Assembly: GCF_003355495.1 (NCBI RefSeq)
Contig: NZ_CP031337.1
Span: forward strand, 1,576,875 to 1,600,874
Source of the DNA: Crenobacter cavernae
GTDB taxonomy: Bacteria; Pseudomonadota; Gammaproteobacteria; Burkholderiales; Chromobacteriaceae
Direction: 5' to 3'
Length of the DNA: 24,000 nt
Shown: piece after piece, positions 1 through 9,095 of the stretch
Numbering within the stretch: position 1 is the first letter of the stretch
Layout: the number at the start of each line of letters is the position of its first letter
The notes under the pieces: generated by a model
Told to the model about the DNA's origin: nothing
Databases searched by the model: none
The model's input: only the letters and a program-made list of their open reading frames with translations
Made by a program: the position numbers and the translations under genes

Positions 1-1238
1 CGCGCCGCTTCGACGACCGCTACCTGTTCCTCGAGGCGCTGCTGTCGGCGCGCGACACGCTGTACCTGTCCTACGTCGGCCGCTCGGCGCGGAGCAACGA
101 GCCCTTGCCGCCGTCGCCCTTGATCGCCGAGTTGTTCGACACCTTCGACGCGATGACCGCTGGCGCCGCGCGCGAAAAGCTCACTGTGTCCCACCCGCTG
201 CAGCCGTTCTCGCCCGACGCCTATCCCGACGATGCAACGGACCCGCGCGCGAGCTTCGAGCCGAGCTACGCCGCCGCGCTCGCCGCCCCCGCACGCGACG
301 CCGCGCCGTTCGCTTCGCCGTTGCCGATAACCAAACCAAGCTTAGTGCGGCTCGAAACGCTTGCCCGCTTCTGGCGCCACCCAGCGCGCTTCTGGCTGGC
401 CGAACGCCTCGGCATCCGGCCGCTGAAACACGACGAGGCGCTGCCCGAGGCCGAACCGTTCGGCCTCGGCAATCGCGCGCGCGAGGCGGTGCGCGACGCG
501 TGGCTGACGGCCTACCTGGAGCGCAGGCCGAACGCGCCGGTCGCCTCGCGCCTCGCCGGCGCCGGGCTGTTGCCAGATGGCGCGCTCGGCGACGCGTGGC
601 TGAACCGCGAGCGCGACGACAGCCTCGAATTCGCCGCGCGGCTGCCATCAACGTTGGCCGAGCCGGTACTGCCGCCACAGCCGTTCAGCATCGATTTCCC
701 CTGCGAGACCGGAGTCCAGACATTGGCAGGAGAACTGGCAGGCTTGCGCAGTGCCGGCCGCATCGGCGTCTTGGCGCGCGCGAGCTTCACCGCCGAGCGC
801 ATCGGCTGGTGGCTCGAGCATCTGGCGCTGTGCGCGGCGCGCCCCGACGGGATCGAGCCTATCAGCCGCTGGTACGCGGCCGACGGCCTGTTCGACTTCG
901 CGCCCGTCTCTCAAGACGCCGCACGTGCGCACCTGGCCGCCTGGCTCGCGCACTTCAATCGCGGCCTCGTCGCGCCCTTGCCGTTCTTCCCGCGCACCAG
1001 CTGGGCGTTTGCCGAGGCGCGCGCAAAGAGTCCGGACGACCTGGCGAAGGCCTTCGCCGCGGCGCGCGCCAAGTGGGCGCCGGCCTTCGTCGCCGACGGC
1101 GGCCAGCCGCAGAGCGAGGAGGCCGAGGTCGCGCTGGCCTTCCGCGCGATAGACCCGCTCGCCGACCCCGACTTCGTGCAGCTGGCCGACGCGTTGTTGC
1201 TGCCGCTGATGCAGTGCCTTCAGGGAAGCGAGCCATGA
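1..1238 (+). CDS. recC: Exodeoxyribonuclease V gamma subunit RecC, C-terminal part (5' end lies outside the window)
   Basis: Frame 3 is open from base 3. The translation RRFDDRYLFLEALLSARDTLYLSYVGRSARSNEPLPPSPLIAELFD... is a conserved RecC segment. Stop TGA 1236-1238 overlaps the recB ATG (ATGA). Gene order is recC-recB-recD. Confidence 0.9.
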   Translation, partial: RRFDDRYLFLEALLSARDTLYLSYVGRSARSNEPLPPSPLIAELFDTFDAMTAGAAREKLTVSHPLQPFSPDAYPDDATDPRASFEPSYAAALAAPARDAAPFASPLPITKPSLVRLETLARFWRHPARFWLAERLGIRPLKHDEALPEAEPFGLGNRAREAVRDAWLTAYLERRPNAPVASRLAGAGLLPDGALGDAWLNRERDDSLEFAARLPSTLAEPVLPPQPFSIDFPCETGVQTLAGELAGLRSAGRIGVLARASFTAERIGWWLEHLALCAARPDGIEPISRWYAADGLFDFAPVSQDAARAHLAAWLAHFNRGLVAPLPFFPRTSWAFAEARAKSPDDLAKAFAAARAKWAPAFVADGGQPQSEEAEVALAFRAIDPLADPDFVQLADALLLPLMQCLQGSEP

Positions 1239-4200
1239 GCGCAAAACTCAATCCGCTGACGTGCCCGCTTAACGGCGTGAACCTGATCGAGGCGAGCGCC
1301 GGCACCGGCAAGACCTGGACCATCGCCGCGCTGTATCTGCGGCTCTTGCTCGAGGCCGAGCCCGACGCCGCCCCGCCCCGTATCGACGAGATCCTCGTCG
1401 TCACCTATACGAAAGCGGCGACCGCCGAGCTGCGCGGTCGGCTGCGTGAAAGGTTGGCCGAGGCACTCAAGGCGTTCGAAGACGGCGAGACCGAAGACGG
1501 CTTTCTCGCGTCGCTGCTCGCACAGCACGCGGCACAGGACGCGCGCGAACGCGCGAGACTGCGCATCGCGACCGCGCTGACCGGTTTCGACACGGCCAGC
1601 GTCTACACCATCCACGGCTTCTGCCAGCGCGTGCTGACCGACGCCGCGTTCGAGTCGGGCCAGCCTTTCTCGGCGACGCTTGTCAGCGACGACGGCGAAC
1701 GCCTAGCCTCGCTCGCCGCCGACTTCTGGCGCCGCGAGCTGGTCGGCGACGCCGAGGTCGCCGCGCTCTTGGCGGGCGAGGGCGATACGCCCGACGCGTG
1801 GTTGGCCGAGGTACGCGCCTTCGTCGGCAAGCCCTATCTGGTGGCCGACGCGCCGCCTGATGCCGACCTCGCCCGTGCGAGGCAGGCGCGCGAAGCCGCG
1901 TGGCAAGCGGTGCTGGCGCTCGGCGACGAGACTGTCGCGCAGGGTCTGGAGTTGATGCGGACCAGCAAGGCGCTGAATCGCAGGAGCTACACGGCGAAAG
2001 TGTGCGAGCGCGTTGCCACGCTGCTCACGTCGCTGATTTCGGCCGGAACGCTACCCGATCTTTCCGGCAAGTCGCGCGAAGACGTAGAGCGCCTGTCGCC
2101 GGAAGTCCTGGCGGCCAAAACCCTGGCCGGGCAGCCGGCGCCGTCGCACCGCCTGTTCTGCGCTATCGGCGACTGGCTCGCCGCCGAGGACGAATGGCTC
2201 GTAGCGGTCGCCGCCAAGCGTGCGGCGCTGAAACTTCGAATGATTTCGTGGCTCGACGATGCGCTGGTCGCCGAACGGCAGAAGGCGCGCGAACGCAGCT
2301 TCGACGATTTGCTCACCGACCTTGCCGCCGCGCTCGAAGACCCGGACCGGGGCCCCTTGCTCGCCGCGCACATGGCGCGCACCTGGCGGGTCGCGCTGAT
2401 CGACGAATTCCAGGACACCGACCCGGTGCAGTACGCGATCTTCGCGAAGGGCTTCATCGACAAGGACCGCACAGTCTTTCTCGTAGGCGACCCGAAGCAG
2501 GCGATCTACAGCTTCCGCGGCGCCGACATCTTCGCCTACCTCGCGGCACGAGCGCGCGCGAGCCGCCACTACACGCTGTCTACCAACTACCGCTCGGATT
2601 CGAGGCTGGTCGACACCGTCAATAAACTCTTCGCGCGCGCCGCGCCCTTCGTCTTGCCCGGCATCGACTACCGGCCGGTAGACGCGCGCGACGGCGACAC
2701 TACCGGTCTGATAGGCGACGACGGCGCGCCGTGGCGCTGGTTCTCGCTGCCCTCGCGCGAAGGCGGCAAGGCGCAGCCGAAAGAAGGTGCGCAGCAGCAG
2801 GCGGCGGCGATGACGGCCGACGAGATCGTGCGCCTGATGGCCGCCGGGCGCGCCGGCGAACTGGTACTTAAGGAAACCGGCGCGGGGCTCGCCGGCGGCG
2901 ACATCGCGGTGCTGGTCGCCACGCACCGCCAGGGCGACGCGGTGCGCGACGCCTTGGCCGAGCGCGGCGTCCAGGCGGTGTCGCTGAGCCAGCAGAGCGT
3001 GTTCCAGAGCCGCGAGGCGCGCGAGGTCGCCGCGCTGATGCGCGCGTGGGCCGAGCCTGGGCACGAGGGGCGGCTGAAGGAGGCGCTCGCGACCGAACTC
3101 GCAGGTCTCACCGCAGCCGGCATCGCCGCCTTGCTCGACGACGAGTCGGCGTGGGAGGGCAGGCTTGCCGCGTTTGCCGACGATCATATTCTTTGGCGCG
3201 AACGCGGCTTCATCGCGCTGTGGCGGCGCTTCTGCGCGCGCGAAAAGGTCGCCGAGCGGCTCTTGCCCTTGCCCGACGGCGAGCGCAGGCTGACCAACCT
3301 CGGCCAGTTGGCCGAGCTGATCCAGCAGGAGAGCGACAGCCTGTCGGGCATCGCCCCGTTGATGGCGTGGTTCGAGGCGCGGCTGGCCGATCCGCCGTTC
3401 GGCGAAGAGGCGCTGATGCGGCTCGAGAGCGACGCCGAGCTCGTCAAGATCGTCACCGTCCACACGGCTAAGGGGCTGCAGTACCCGGTCGTGTTCTGCC
3501 CCTTCCTGTGGGACGGCCAGCTCGAACGCAAGGGCACCGCGTTCTGGCGCCACCAGTGCGACGGCGTCGCGCGGCTGACGCCGGCCGCCGGCCACCCGGC
3601 AAGCCAGGCCGCGCGCGAGGCGGCGCTTGCCGAGACGCTATCGGAGAAGCTGCGCCTGCTGTACGTCGCGCTGACGCGCGCGCAATACCGCCAGTACCTC
3701 GCGTGGGGGCCGGTGTCGGGCATGGAGACGGCGGCGCTGTCGTGGCTGTTGCACGCGGGCCGCGCGACCGGTCTGGCCGATATTCCCGACGACGCGTTCA
3801 AGCCGGCTGCGGTGCAACAAGCCTTGGCCGAGCACGTCGCGCGATGCGCGCCCGACGAGGCTTTCGTGCCGCAGTCCGAATGGCCGGTGCGGCTCGCGCC
3901 GCGCGACGAGATCCGCCATCGGCCTGCGCCGCGGACGCTCAAGCGCGCGGTCTACACGCCGTGGCGCGTGACGAGCTTCACCGCGCTCGCGCACCGCAGC
4001 GATACGGGCGCCGACACGCCGGCCATGCCGGTCGCTGAGCGGCCCGACCACGACGCCGGCCAGAGCGCATCGACGTCGGCCGAGCCGATCGCCGTCGAAC
4101 CGGTAGCGGAGGAGCTCATCCCCGCCGCGCCCGCCCTCGACCGCTTCGCCTTCCCGCGCGGCGCGCGCGCCGGCGTGTGCCTGCACGGCGTATTCGAGCG

Positions 4201-4855
4201 CATCGACTTCACGCACCCGCCCTGCGAGCATCGAAAGACGGTGCTCGAGGAACTCGCGCGCGCCGGCTTTAACGAACGCTGGCAGGACGCCGCGCTCGAC
4301 ATGGTCGCGCGCACGCTCGCCGCGCCGCTCGATCCCGATATCACATTGGCCGAGGTGCCGCCGAAGAAGCGGCTGATCGAGCTCGAATTCACGCTGCCGA
4401 TCGAGAAACTGTCGCTGCCTCGGCTCAAGGCCATCCTCGCCGACCCGGAAAACGGCCTCGCCGAGCCCTTGCGCCGCGCGGCCGCGACGCTCGCTTTTCC
4501 GGCGGTAACCGGTTTCCTCAAGGGCTTCATCGACCTCGTCGTCGAGGCGGGCGGGCGCTTCTACCTGATCGACTACAAGTCGAATCATCTGGGCGCAAGC
4601 GACGCCTGCTACGCGCCTTCAAGGTTGGCCGAGGCGATCGCGCGCGAGCACTATTATCTGCAATACCTGTTCTACAGCGTCGCGCTGGTGCGTTATCTGA
4701 CGTCGCGTGGGCTGTCTTTCGACGCCAGCCTGCCCGAGGTGCGCTACCTGTTCCTGCGCGGCATCGACGGGACCGGCAACGGCGTCTGGCGCGACAGGCC
4801 GAGCGCGCGCCTGATCCGCGCGCTCGACGCGTGGTTGGGAGGGAGAAATGTTTGA
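1235..4855 (+). CDS. recB: Exodeoxyribonuclease V beta subunit RecB (UvrD-like SF1 helicase plus C-terminal PD-(D/E)XK nuclease)
   Basis: Starts MSAKLNPLTCPLNGVNLIEASAGTGKTWTIAALYLRLL (Walker A). Also has LIDEFQDTDPVQY, GDPKQAIYSFRGADI, TVHTAKGLQYPVVF and the nuclease motif GFIDLVVEAGGRFYLIDYKSN. The track ORF 500-4855 has an Arg-rich 5' extension that overlaps recC out of frame. The ATG at 1235 overlapping the recC stop is the credible start. Confidence 0.95.
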   Translation: MSAKLNPLTCPLNGVNLIEASAGTGKTWTIAALYLRLLLEAEPDAAPPRIDEILVVTYTKAATAELRGRLRERLAEALKAFEDGETEDGFLASLLAQHAAQDARERARLRIATALTGFDTASVYTIHGFCQRVLTDAAFESGQPFSATLVSDDGERLASLAADFWRRELVGDAEVAALLAGEGDTPDAWLAEVRAFVGKPYLVADAPPDADLARARQAREAAWQAVLALGDETVAQGLELMRTSKALNRRSYTAKVCERVATLLTSLISAGTLPDLSGKSREDVERLSPEVLAAKTLAGQPAPSHRLFCAIGDWLAAEDEWLVAVAAKRAALKLRMISWLDDALVAERQKARERSFDDLLTDLAAALEDPDRGPLLAAHMARTWRVALIDEFQDTDPVQYAIFAKGFIDKDRTVFLVGDPKQAIYSFRGADIFAYLAARARASRHYTLSTNYRSDSRLVDTVNKLFARAAPFVLPGIDYRPVDARDGDTTGLIGDDGAPWRWFSLPSREGGKAQPKEGAQQQAAAMTADEIVRLMAAGRAGELVLKETGAGLAGGDIAVLVATHRQGDAVRDALAERGVQAVSLSQQSVFQSREAREVAALMRAWAEPGHEGRLKEALATELAGLTAAGIAALLDDESAWEGRLAAFADDHILWRERGFIALWRRFCAREKVAERLLPLPDGERRLTNLGQLAELIQQESDSLSGIAPLMAWFEARLADPPFGEEALMRLESDAELVKIVTVHTAKGLQYPVVFCPFLWDGQLERKGTAFWRHQCDGVARLTPAAGHPASQAAREAALAETLSEKLRLLYVALTRAQYRQYLAWGPVSGMETAALSWLLHAGRATGLADIPDDAFKPAAVQQALAEHVARCAPDEAFVPQSEWPVRLAPRDEIRHRPAPRTLKRAVYTPWRVTSFTALAHRSDTGADTPAMPVAERPDHDAGQSASTSAEPIAVEPVAEELIPAAPALDRFAFPRGARAGVCLHGVFERIDFTHPPCEHRKTVLEELARAGFNERWQDAALDMVARTLAAPLDPDITLAEVPPKKRLIELEFTLPIEKLSLPRLKAILADPENGLAEPLRRAAATLAFPAVTGFLKGFIDLVVEAGGRFYLIDYKSNHLGASDACYAPSRLAEAIAREHYYLQYLFYSVALVRYLTSRGLSFDASLPEVRYLFLRGIDGTGNGVWRDRPSARLIRALDAWLGGRNV

Positions 4856-5321
4856 ATCGGCCGAGATCGGGCACGCGATAGCCAAGGAAACCTTCCTGCG
4901 CGAGGCGCCGAAGTTGCGCGAGGCCTTGCTCGACGCACAGTACGAGCTGAAGGAACGCGGCGACTTTCCGCTTCTCATCCTGATCCACGGCTTCGACGGC
5001 GCCGGCCGTGGCGAGACGATGAACCTGGTCAACGAGTGGCTCGATCCGCGGCTGATCCGCACCGTCGCCTTCGACGCGCCTGACGACGAGGAAAAGGCTC
5101 AGCCTTGGCTGTGGCACTTCTGGCGCCACGTGCCGGGGCGTGGCGGCATCACGCTGTTCGACAGGAGCGGGTACGGTCGCGTGCTGGTAGAGCGCGTCGA
5201 GGGGTGCACCGGCACCGACAAGGCGCCGTGGCACCTGATCGAAGCGAACAACAAGTACCACGCGCGCATCAAGGTTCTTGAAATCTTGTGCCGCGCGCTG
5301 GCCGCCAGGCTGGGGGGCTGA
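4848..5321 (+). CDS. PPK2-family (polyphosphate:AMP phosphotransferase-like) collapsed 157-aa ORF, possibly a gene relic
   Basis: The N-terminus MFESAEIGHAI...LLILIHGFDGAGRGETMNLVNEWLDPR is a PPK2/PAP-type Walker A region with GK changed to GR. AQPWLWHFWRHVPGRGGITLFDRSGYGRVLVERVEG is the PPK2 core. This is followed directly by the C-terminal APWHLIEANNKYHARIKVL motif, so the ~100-aa lid/Walker B module is absent. The ATG overlaps the recB stop by 8 nt (ATGTTTGA). The stop at 5319-5321 is 1 nt before the recD ATG. Confidence 0.6.
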   Translation: MFESAEIGHAIAKETFLREAPKLREALLDAQYELKERGDFPLLILIHGFDGAGRGETMNLVNEWLDPRLIRTVAFDAPDDEEKAQPWLWHFWRHVPGRGGITLFDRSGYGRVLVERVEGCTGTDKAPWHLIEANNKYHARIKVLEILCRALAARLGG

Positions 5322-5322
5322 G

Positions 5323-7026
5323 ATGCCGCACGACGACGCGCGCGCGCCGCAGCTTACGGCGCTGTTCAAGAGGCTGGACCCAGCGCTGCCCTGTGAGGTC
5401 GAAAGGCTGGTCGGGCGCCTGATCAACGCGAACGGCGCCGGCCACGTCTGCCTGCCGCTGTCGGGCGCGGAGGCGCGCTCGCTCGCCGGCACGTCCATCG
5501 TCGGCCGGGCCGGCGGCTACGCGCCGCTGATCGTCGACGCGCAGCGCCGGCTCTATTTCGCGCGCCACTGGTACGACGAGCACCGGCTGGCGGCGACGCT
5601 GGCGCGGCTCGCGCGCGAGGCGCTGCCGGTCGACGCGGCGGAGGCGCGGGGGCAGCTCGACGCGCTGTTCGGCGCCGATGCCGGATCGCGCCAGCGGCTG
5701 GCCGCCGCGCTGGCGTTGCGGCAGCGTTTCCTGCTGATCGCCGGCGGCCCCGGCACCGGCAAGACGACGACCGTCGTGCGGCTGCTGGCGCTGATCGCCG
5801 CGACCAGCGGGCGCCCGCCGGTGATCGCGATGGCGGCGCCGACCGGCAAGGCGGCGGCGCGGCTGTCCGAATCGGTGCGCGCCGCGCGCGACGCGCTGCC
5901 GGTGTCGGCAGCGGTGAAGGCATTGCTGCCCGAGCGCGCGCAGACCTTGCACCGGCTCTTGGGCCTCGCGCCCGGCGCCGCACGCGCGCGCCACCACAAG
6001 GGCGCGCCCTTGCCGCTCGACGTGCTGGTCGTCGACGAGGGATCGATGGTGGACCTCTCGATGATGGCGCGCGTCGCCGACGCGCTGCCTTCGAGCGCGC
6101 GGCTGATCGTGCTCGGCGACCCGGACCAGCTCGCATCGGTCGAGGCCGGCAGCGTGCTCGCCGACCTCGCCGTCGGCGAGGCGTGGCGGCCGGACACGGT
6201 GTCATGGTTGGCCGAGGCGGGTTGCGCGGCACCGCCCGAGAGCGGCGCCGCGGTGCTGCCCGACTGCGTGGTGCGGCTGACCGAAAGCCACCGCTTCGAC
6301 GCGAAAAGCGCGATCGGCCGGCTCGCGCGCGCGGTCAACGCCGGCGACGCCGCGGACGCCGAAGCGCTGCTCGACGACCCGGCCGAGCCCGACGCCGCGT
6401 GGCTTTTCGCGCCCGACGGCCTCGTCGCCGCCTTGTTCGCCGCGCGCGCCGGCTATTTCGAGCTGGTGAAAAAGGGCGCTGCGCCCGACGCGCTGTTCGC
6501 GGCGTTCTCGCGCCACATGCTGCTTTGCAGCGAACGCCGCGCGGTGGAAAACATGAACCGGGCGTTCGAGGCGAGGCTGGAAGCCGCGGGGCTGAAGACG
6601 GTAGGTGCCGACTGGTATCCGGGCCGCGCGGTGATGGTCACCGTCAACGACTACGCGGTCGGCCTGTTCAACGGCGACGTCGGCATCCTGGTCGAGACCT
6701 TGTCCGAGAACGGCCCGGTGCGGCGCGTGCTGTTCCCCGAGCCCGACGGCGGCTTTCGCGCGCTCGCGCCGGGGCGCCTGCCGGCGCACGAGACGGTGTT
6801 CGCGATGACGGTGCACAAGAGCCAGGGTTCGGAATTCGACGAGGTGTGGCTCGCGCTGCTCGGCGAGGGCTCGGCGTCGCGCGCGCTCGTCTATACCGCG
6901 ATCACGCGCGCGCGCCGCCGTTTCGCGCTCGCCGCGACGCCGGCCCAACTGGCTTCGGCGTTGGCTTGTGGCGCGTCGCGCGCGAGCGGACTGGCCGATC
7001 AGCTGGCCGCGCAGGCGGACGGCTGA
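5323..7026 (+). CDS. recD: Exodeoxyribonuclease V alpha subunit RecD
   Basis: Walker A LLIAGGPGTGKTTTV, Walker B LVVDEGSMVD, LVLGDPDQLASVEAGSV, and C-terminal TVHKSQGSEFD...YTAITRAR. Start ATG 5323 (MPHDDARAPQL) lies just after the upstream stop. The track start at 5278 would overlap the preceding ORF. Confidence 0.93.
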   Translation: MPHDDARAPQLTALFKRLDPALPCEVERLVGRLINANGAGHVCLPLSGAEARSLAGTSIVGRAGGYAPLIVDAQRRLYFARHWYDEHRLAATLARLAREALPVDAAEARGQLDALFGADAGSRQRLAAALALRQRFLLIAGGPGTGKTTTVVRLLALIAATSGRPPVIAMAAPTGKAAARLSESVRAARDALPVSAAVKALLPERAQTLHRLLGLAPGAARARHHKGAPLPLDVLVVDEGSMVDLSMMARVADALPSSARLIVLGDPDQLASVEAGSVLADLAVGEAWRPDTVSWLAEAGCAAPPESGAAVLPDCVVRLTESHRFDAKSAIGRLARAVNAGDAADAEALLDDPAEPDAAWLFAPDGLVAALFAARAGYFELVKKGAAPDALFAAFSRHMLLCSERRAVENMNRAFEARLEAAGLKTVGADWYPGRAVMVTVNDYAVGLFNGDVGILVETLSENGPVRRVLFPEPDGGFRALAPGRLPAHETVFAMTVHKSQGSEFDEVWLALLGEGSASRALVYTAITRARRRFALAATPAQLASALACGASRASGLADQLAAQADG

Positions 7027-7117
7027 ACGGGGTTTGCGAATGGCATGAGTTTCTTGTCGCACTGCGGCAAAAAACGCGTAAGATGGCCAACTTTCCGGCA
7101 GCAGTCATGGAGTCGCC

Positions 7118-7996
7118 ATGCTTGTTGAAGAAGTTATCGCCGTGCTCGGTCGTGCCACCCATATCGACCGCAGCGCCTTCACCCCGTTGATCGTCGCCGG
7201 CCAGAAGCTCGGTTGTGTCAACGCTGTCTGGCGCGAGCGCCTGCTCGGCCACGAGTCCGCGCTGTTCGAAGAAAAGGGCGGTTCGATCGCCTGTCGCATC
7301 GCGGGCGACGCCGCCCAACTAACCCGCGAACTGAACGCCGCCGCCGAGCGCTGGCAGGCCATCGGCTGGCTGAACGGCTGGCGCAACGAGCGCTTCACCG
7401 CCTTCGGCGCCGACGGCACGCCGCTGTTCGAACTCGAACGCGCGGCGTTCCGCCCGCTCGGGCTCACGAGCCGCGCGGTGCATCTGAACGGCCTGACGCG
7501 GCTCGCCAGCGGCGAAGTGAGGATGTGGATCGCGCGACGCAGCCCGCACAAGGCGGTCGAGCCGAACCGCATGGACAACCTGATGGGCGGCGGCGTCGCC
7601 GCCGGCGAGAGCCTGCAGCAGGCGCTGTTGCGCGAGGGCTGGGAAGAGGCCGGCATGAGCGCAGGCTCCTTGACCGGGCTCGCGCCGGCGAGCCTCTTGC
7701 TCGCCGAGCGGCCGGTGCAGCGCGGCGTGCACCGCGAGTGGCTGTACGCCTACGACGTGTGGTTGGCCGACGGCGAACGCCCGGCGAACCAGGACGGCGA
7801 GGTCGCCGAGCACGTGCTGCTGCCCTTGCACGAGGTCGAAGACCTGCTCGTCGCCGAGCGCTTCATGATCGACGCCGCGCTCGTCGCGAGCGACTGTCTG
7901 GTGCGGCTCGGCTACTGGGGGGGCGAGACCGCGCGCGTCGACGCGGCGCTCGCCGCGGTGCGCCACCCGGTCGACGCCGCCGTCCACGCGCTCTGA
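7118..7996 (+). CDS. Nudix hydrolase with an N-terminal DUF4743-like domain
   Basis: Nudix box GGGVAAGESLQQALLREGWEEAGM (GX5EX7REUXEEXGU pattern). High third-position GC in this frame. Confidence 0.85.
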   Translation: MLVEEVIAVLGRATHIDRSAFTPLIVAGQKLGCVNAVWRERLLGHESALFEEKGGSIACRIAGDAAQLTRELNAAAERWQAIGWLNGWRNERFTAFGADGTPLFELERAAFRPLGLTSRAVHLNGLTRLASGEVRMWIARRSPHKAVEPNRMDNLMGGGVAAGESLQQALLREGWEEAGMSAGSLTGLAPASLLLAERPVQRGVHREWLYAYDVWLADGERPANQDGEVAEHVLLPLHEVEDLLVAERFMIDAALVASDCLVRLGYWGGETARVDAALAAVRHPVDAAVHAL

Positions 7997-8136
7997 GCGC
8001 CATTTCATCCGAGTTGCCCCGGTTTGACCTGGGTCAAGGCCGGCCCGCGCCGCGTCGCTAGACTGGTCCTGTCGGCGCCTCCCCGGCCCGGCTTCCCGAC
8101 GCAGTCCCGGATAGTCACTGCTCTTCATCCCTCCCA

Positions 8137-8165
8137 GCAGACCGCCCACGCGGTCTGCTTTTTTT
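8137..8165 (+). terminator. Rho-independent terminator, ~140 nt downstream of the Nudix stop
   Basis: Perfect 9-bp stem GCAGACCGC (8137-8145) / GCGGTCTGC (8150-8158), loop CCAC, then a run of 7 T (8159-8165). Confidence 0.65.
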
Positions 8166-8317
8166 CGGCCCGTTTCGGGTTAAAACGAGTGTTTGCCATG
8201 ATGGCCGCGCGCATGCCGGCGCGTCACAATCCTCGGGCAAGCCGAACATTGCCGCTGGCCGCGGCGCGCAAAACGTCGTAACACGCATAGAGACCCCGTC
8301 GTCGCGGAGCCACTACC

Positions 8318-8545
8318 ATGTCCATGTACCGTGTGAAGTTGATCTCGCCCGTGTTCGGCGTGGACGACGCCGGCCCGCTGCATCCGGGCGTCTCAGAGGC
8401 GCGCCGGGCCGCACACCTGATGCTGGCGCTGTACCAGGGTCGCGTGCGCGCCGAGATCCACCGGGTGATCGACCTGAGGCTCAAGCAGAGCGAGTGCGTC
8501 GAGGTGATCGGGCCTTGGCCGCAGGCCGGCCCGCCGCCCGCGTGA
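8318..8545 (+). CDS. Hypothetical small protein (75 aa)
   Basis: GGAG at 8306-8309 lies 8 nt upstream of the ATG. Codons show a strong GC3 bias like the host genes. No recognisable motif. Confidence 0.4.
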   Translation: MSMYRVKLISPVFGVDDAGPLHPGVSEARRAAHLMLALYQGRVRAEIHRVIDLRLKQSECVEVIGPWPQAGPPPA

Positions 8546-8929
8546 GTCTCGCCGTTCCCCGCAACGGGGAGCGGGTCCTACGTGATGCGGAGCGGTCGCC
8601 CGGATCGCCATCAGACCATGCTCGGTCGGCAATGCGCCGCCGAGTTTCTCGATATTGACGCCGGCCGGCGCATCCCTTTGCAGAAGGCGTTCGGGCCGCG
8701 GCCTCAATAACAGCCGTTCTGAATATCCGGTGCGCGCAAGATGCCATATCTCCCGCTGTTTTCGCCGCCATTCAATTGGAGCTCCTGACCGAATCGAGCC
8801 CGTTTTCAGGGACTCTGGCGCGGCGATTCGGCCACGCAAGCCGGCGACGGCTTTTTGTATCGGAATGTGACGGGACGCGCGTGAAAGAATCGGGCCTTGC
8901 CGGAGGAAAATCGGGGAGGGGAGGGAAGC

Positions 8930-8976
8930 TGGCGCACCCGACAGGGATCGAACCTGTGACATTCAGTTTCGGAAAC
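8930..8976 (-). repeat. att site: orphan copy of the 3' 47 nt of tRNA-Arg(CCG), from CCA end to anticodon loop
   Basis: TGGCGCACCCGACAGGGATCGAACCTGTGAC[A]TTCAGTTTCGGAAAC matches 19409-19455 apart from A8961 vs C19440. Sequence beyond 8976 lacks a D-arm and a 5' acceptor strand, so it is not a functional tRNA. Confidence 0.9.
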
Positions 8977-9061
8977 CGGAATTCGCGCATCCAAAGCGTT
9001 CCCATGTTGCCCCGCATCAATCTCTAAAGCCTTTGCTATGCCTAGCTTTACGACGTTGTGT

Positions 9062-9089
9062 TGTCCTATCATGTCCTATGTTTTCCTAT
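9062..9089 (+). repeat. Three helically phased 8-mers TGTCCTAT / TGTCCTAT / TTTCCTAT with 10-bp period, a possible accessory-protein (Xis/IHF-like) or integrase binding array
   Basis: Copies at 9062-9069, 9072-9079 and 9082-9089, between the att core and the integrase start. The function is inferred. Confidence 0.35.
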
Positions 9090-9095
9090 CCAAGC

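Noticed and set aside
500-1234. 5' extension of the recB ORF (track start at 500) and other long ORFs overlapping recBCD (e.g. 2051-3595 minus, 3638-4588 minus, 5423-6232 minus, 6183-7190 plus)
   Set aside because: All are out of frame or antisense to RecC/RecB/RecD sequence with strong motifs, and are Arg/Pro/Ala-rich with no motifs. The recB start at 1235 overlaps the recC stop.
7054-7084. TTGTCG / TAAGAT as the Nudix gene promoter
   Set aside because: The spacer is 19 nt and the -35 match is weak. It is plausible but not supportable from sequence alone.
8024-8064. TTGACC ... TAGACT as a promoter for the candidate sRNA
   Set aside because: The spacer between the hexamers is 29 nt, far outside the 16-19 nt sigma70 range.
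8930-9006. Possibility that the left att copy is a second complete tRNA gene
   Set aside because: Beyond the anticodon loop the sequence diverges. No 5' acceptor strand complementary to CGGGTGC is present, there is no D-arm, and the anticodon stem is largely unpaired. It is a 3' fragment only.
8806-9072. Minus-strand ORFs translating through the tRNA sequences (8806-9072 and 19243-19470, both containing SETE.HRFDPCRVRQ)
   Set aside because: The shared peptide is simply the translation of the repeated tRNA 3' half. These are not genes.
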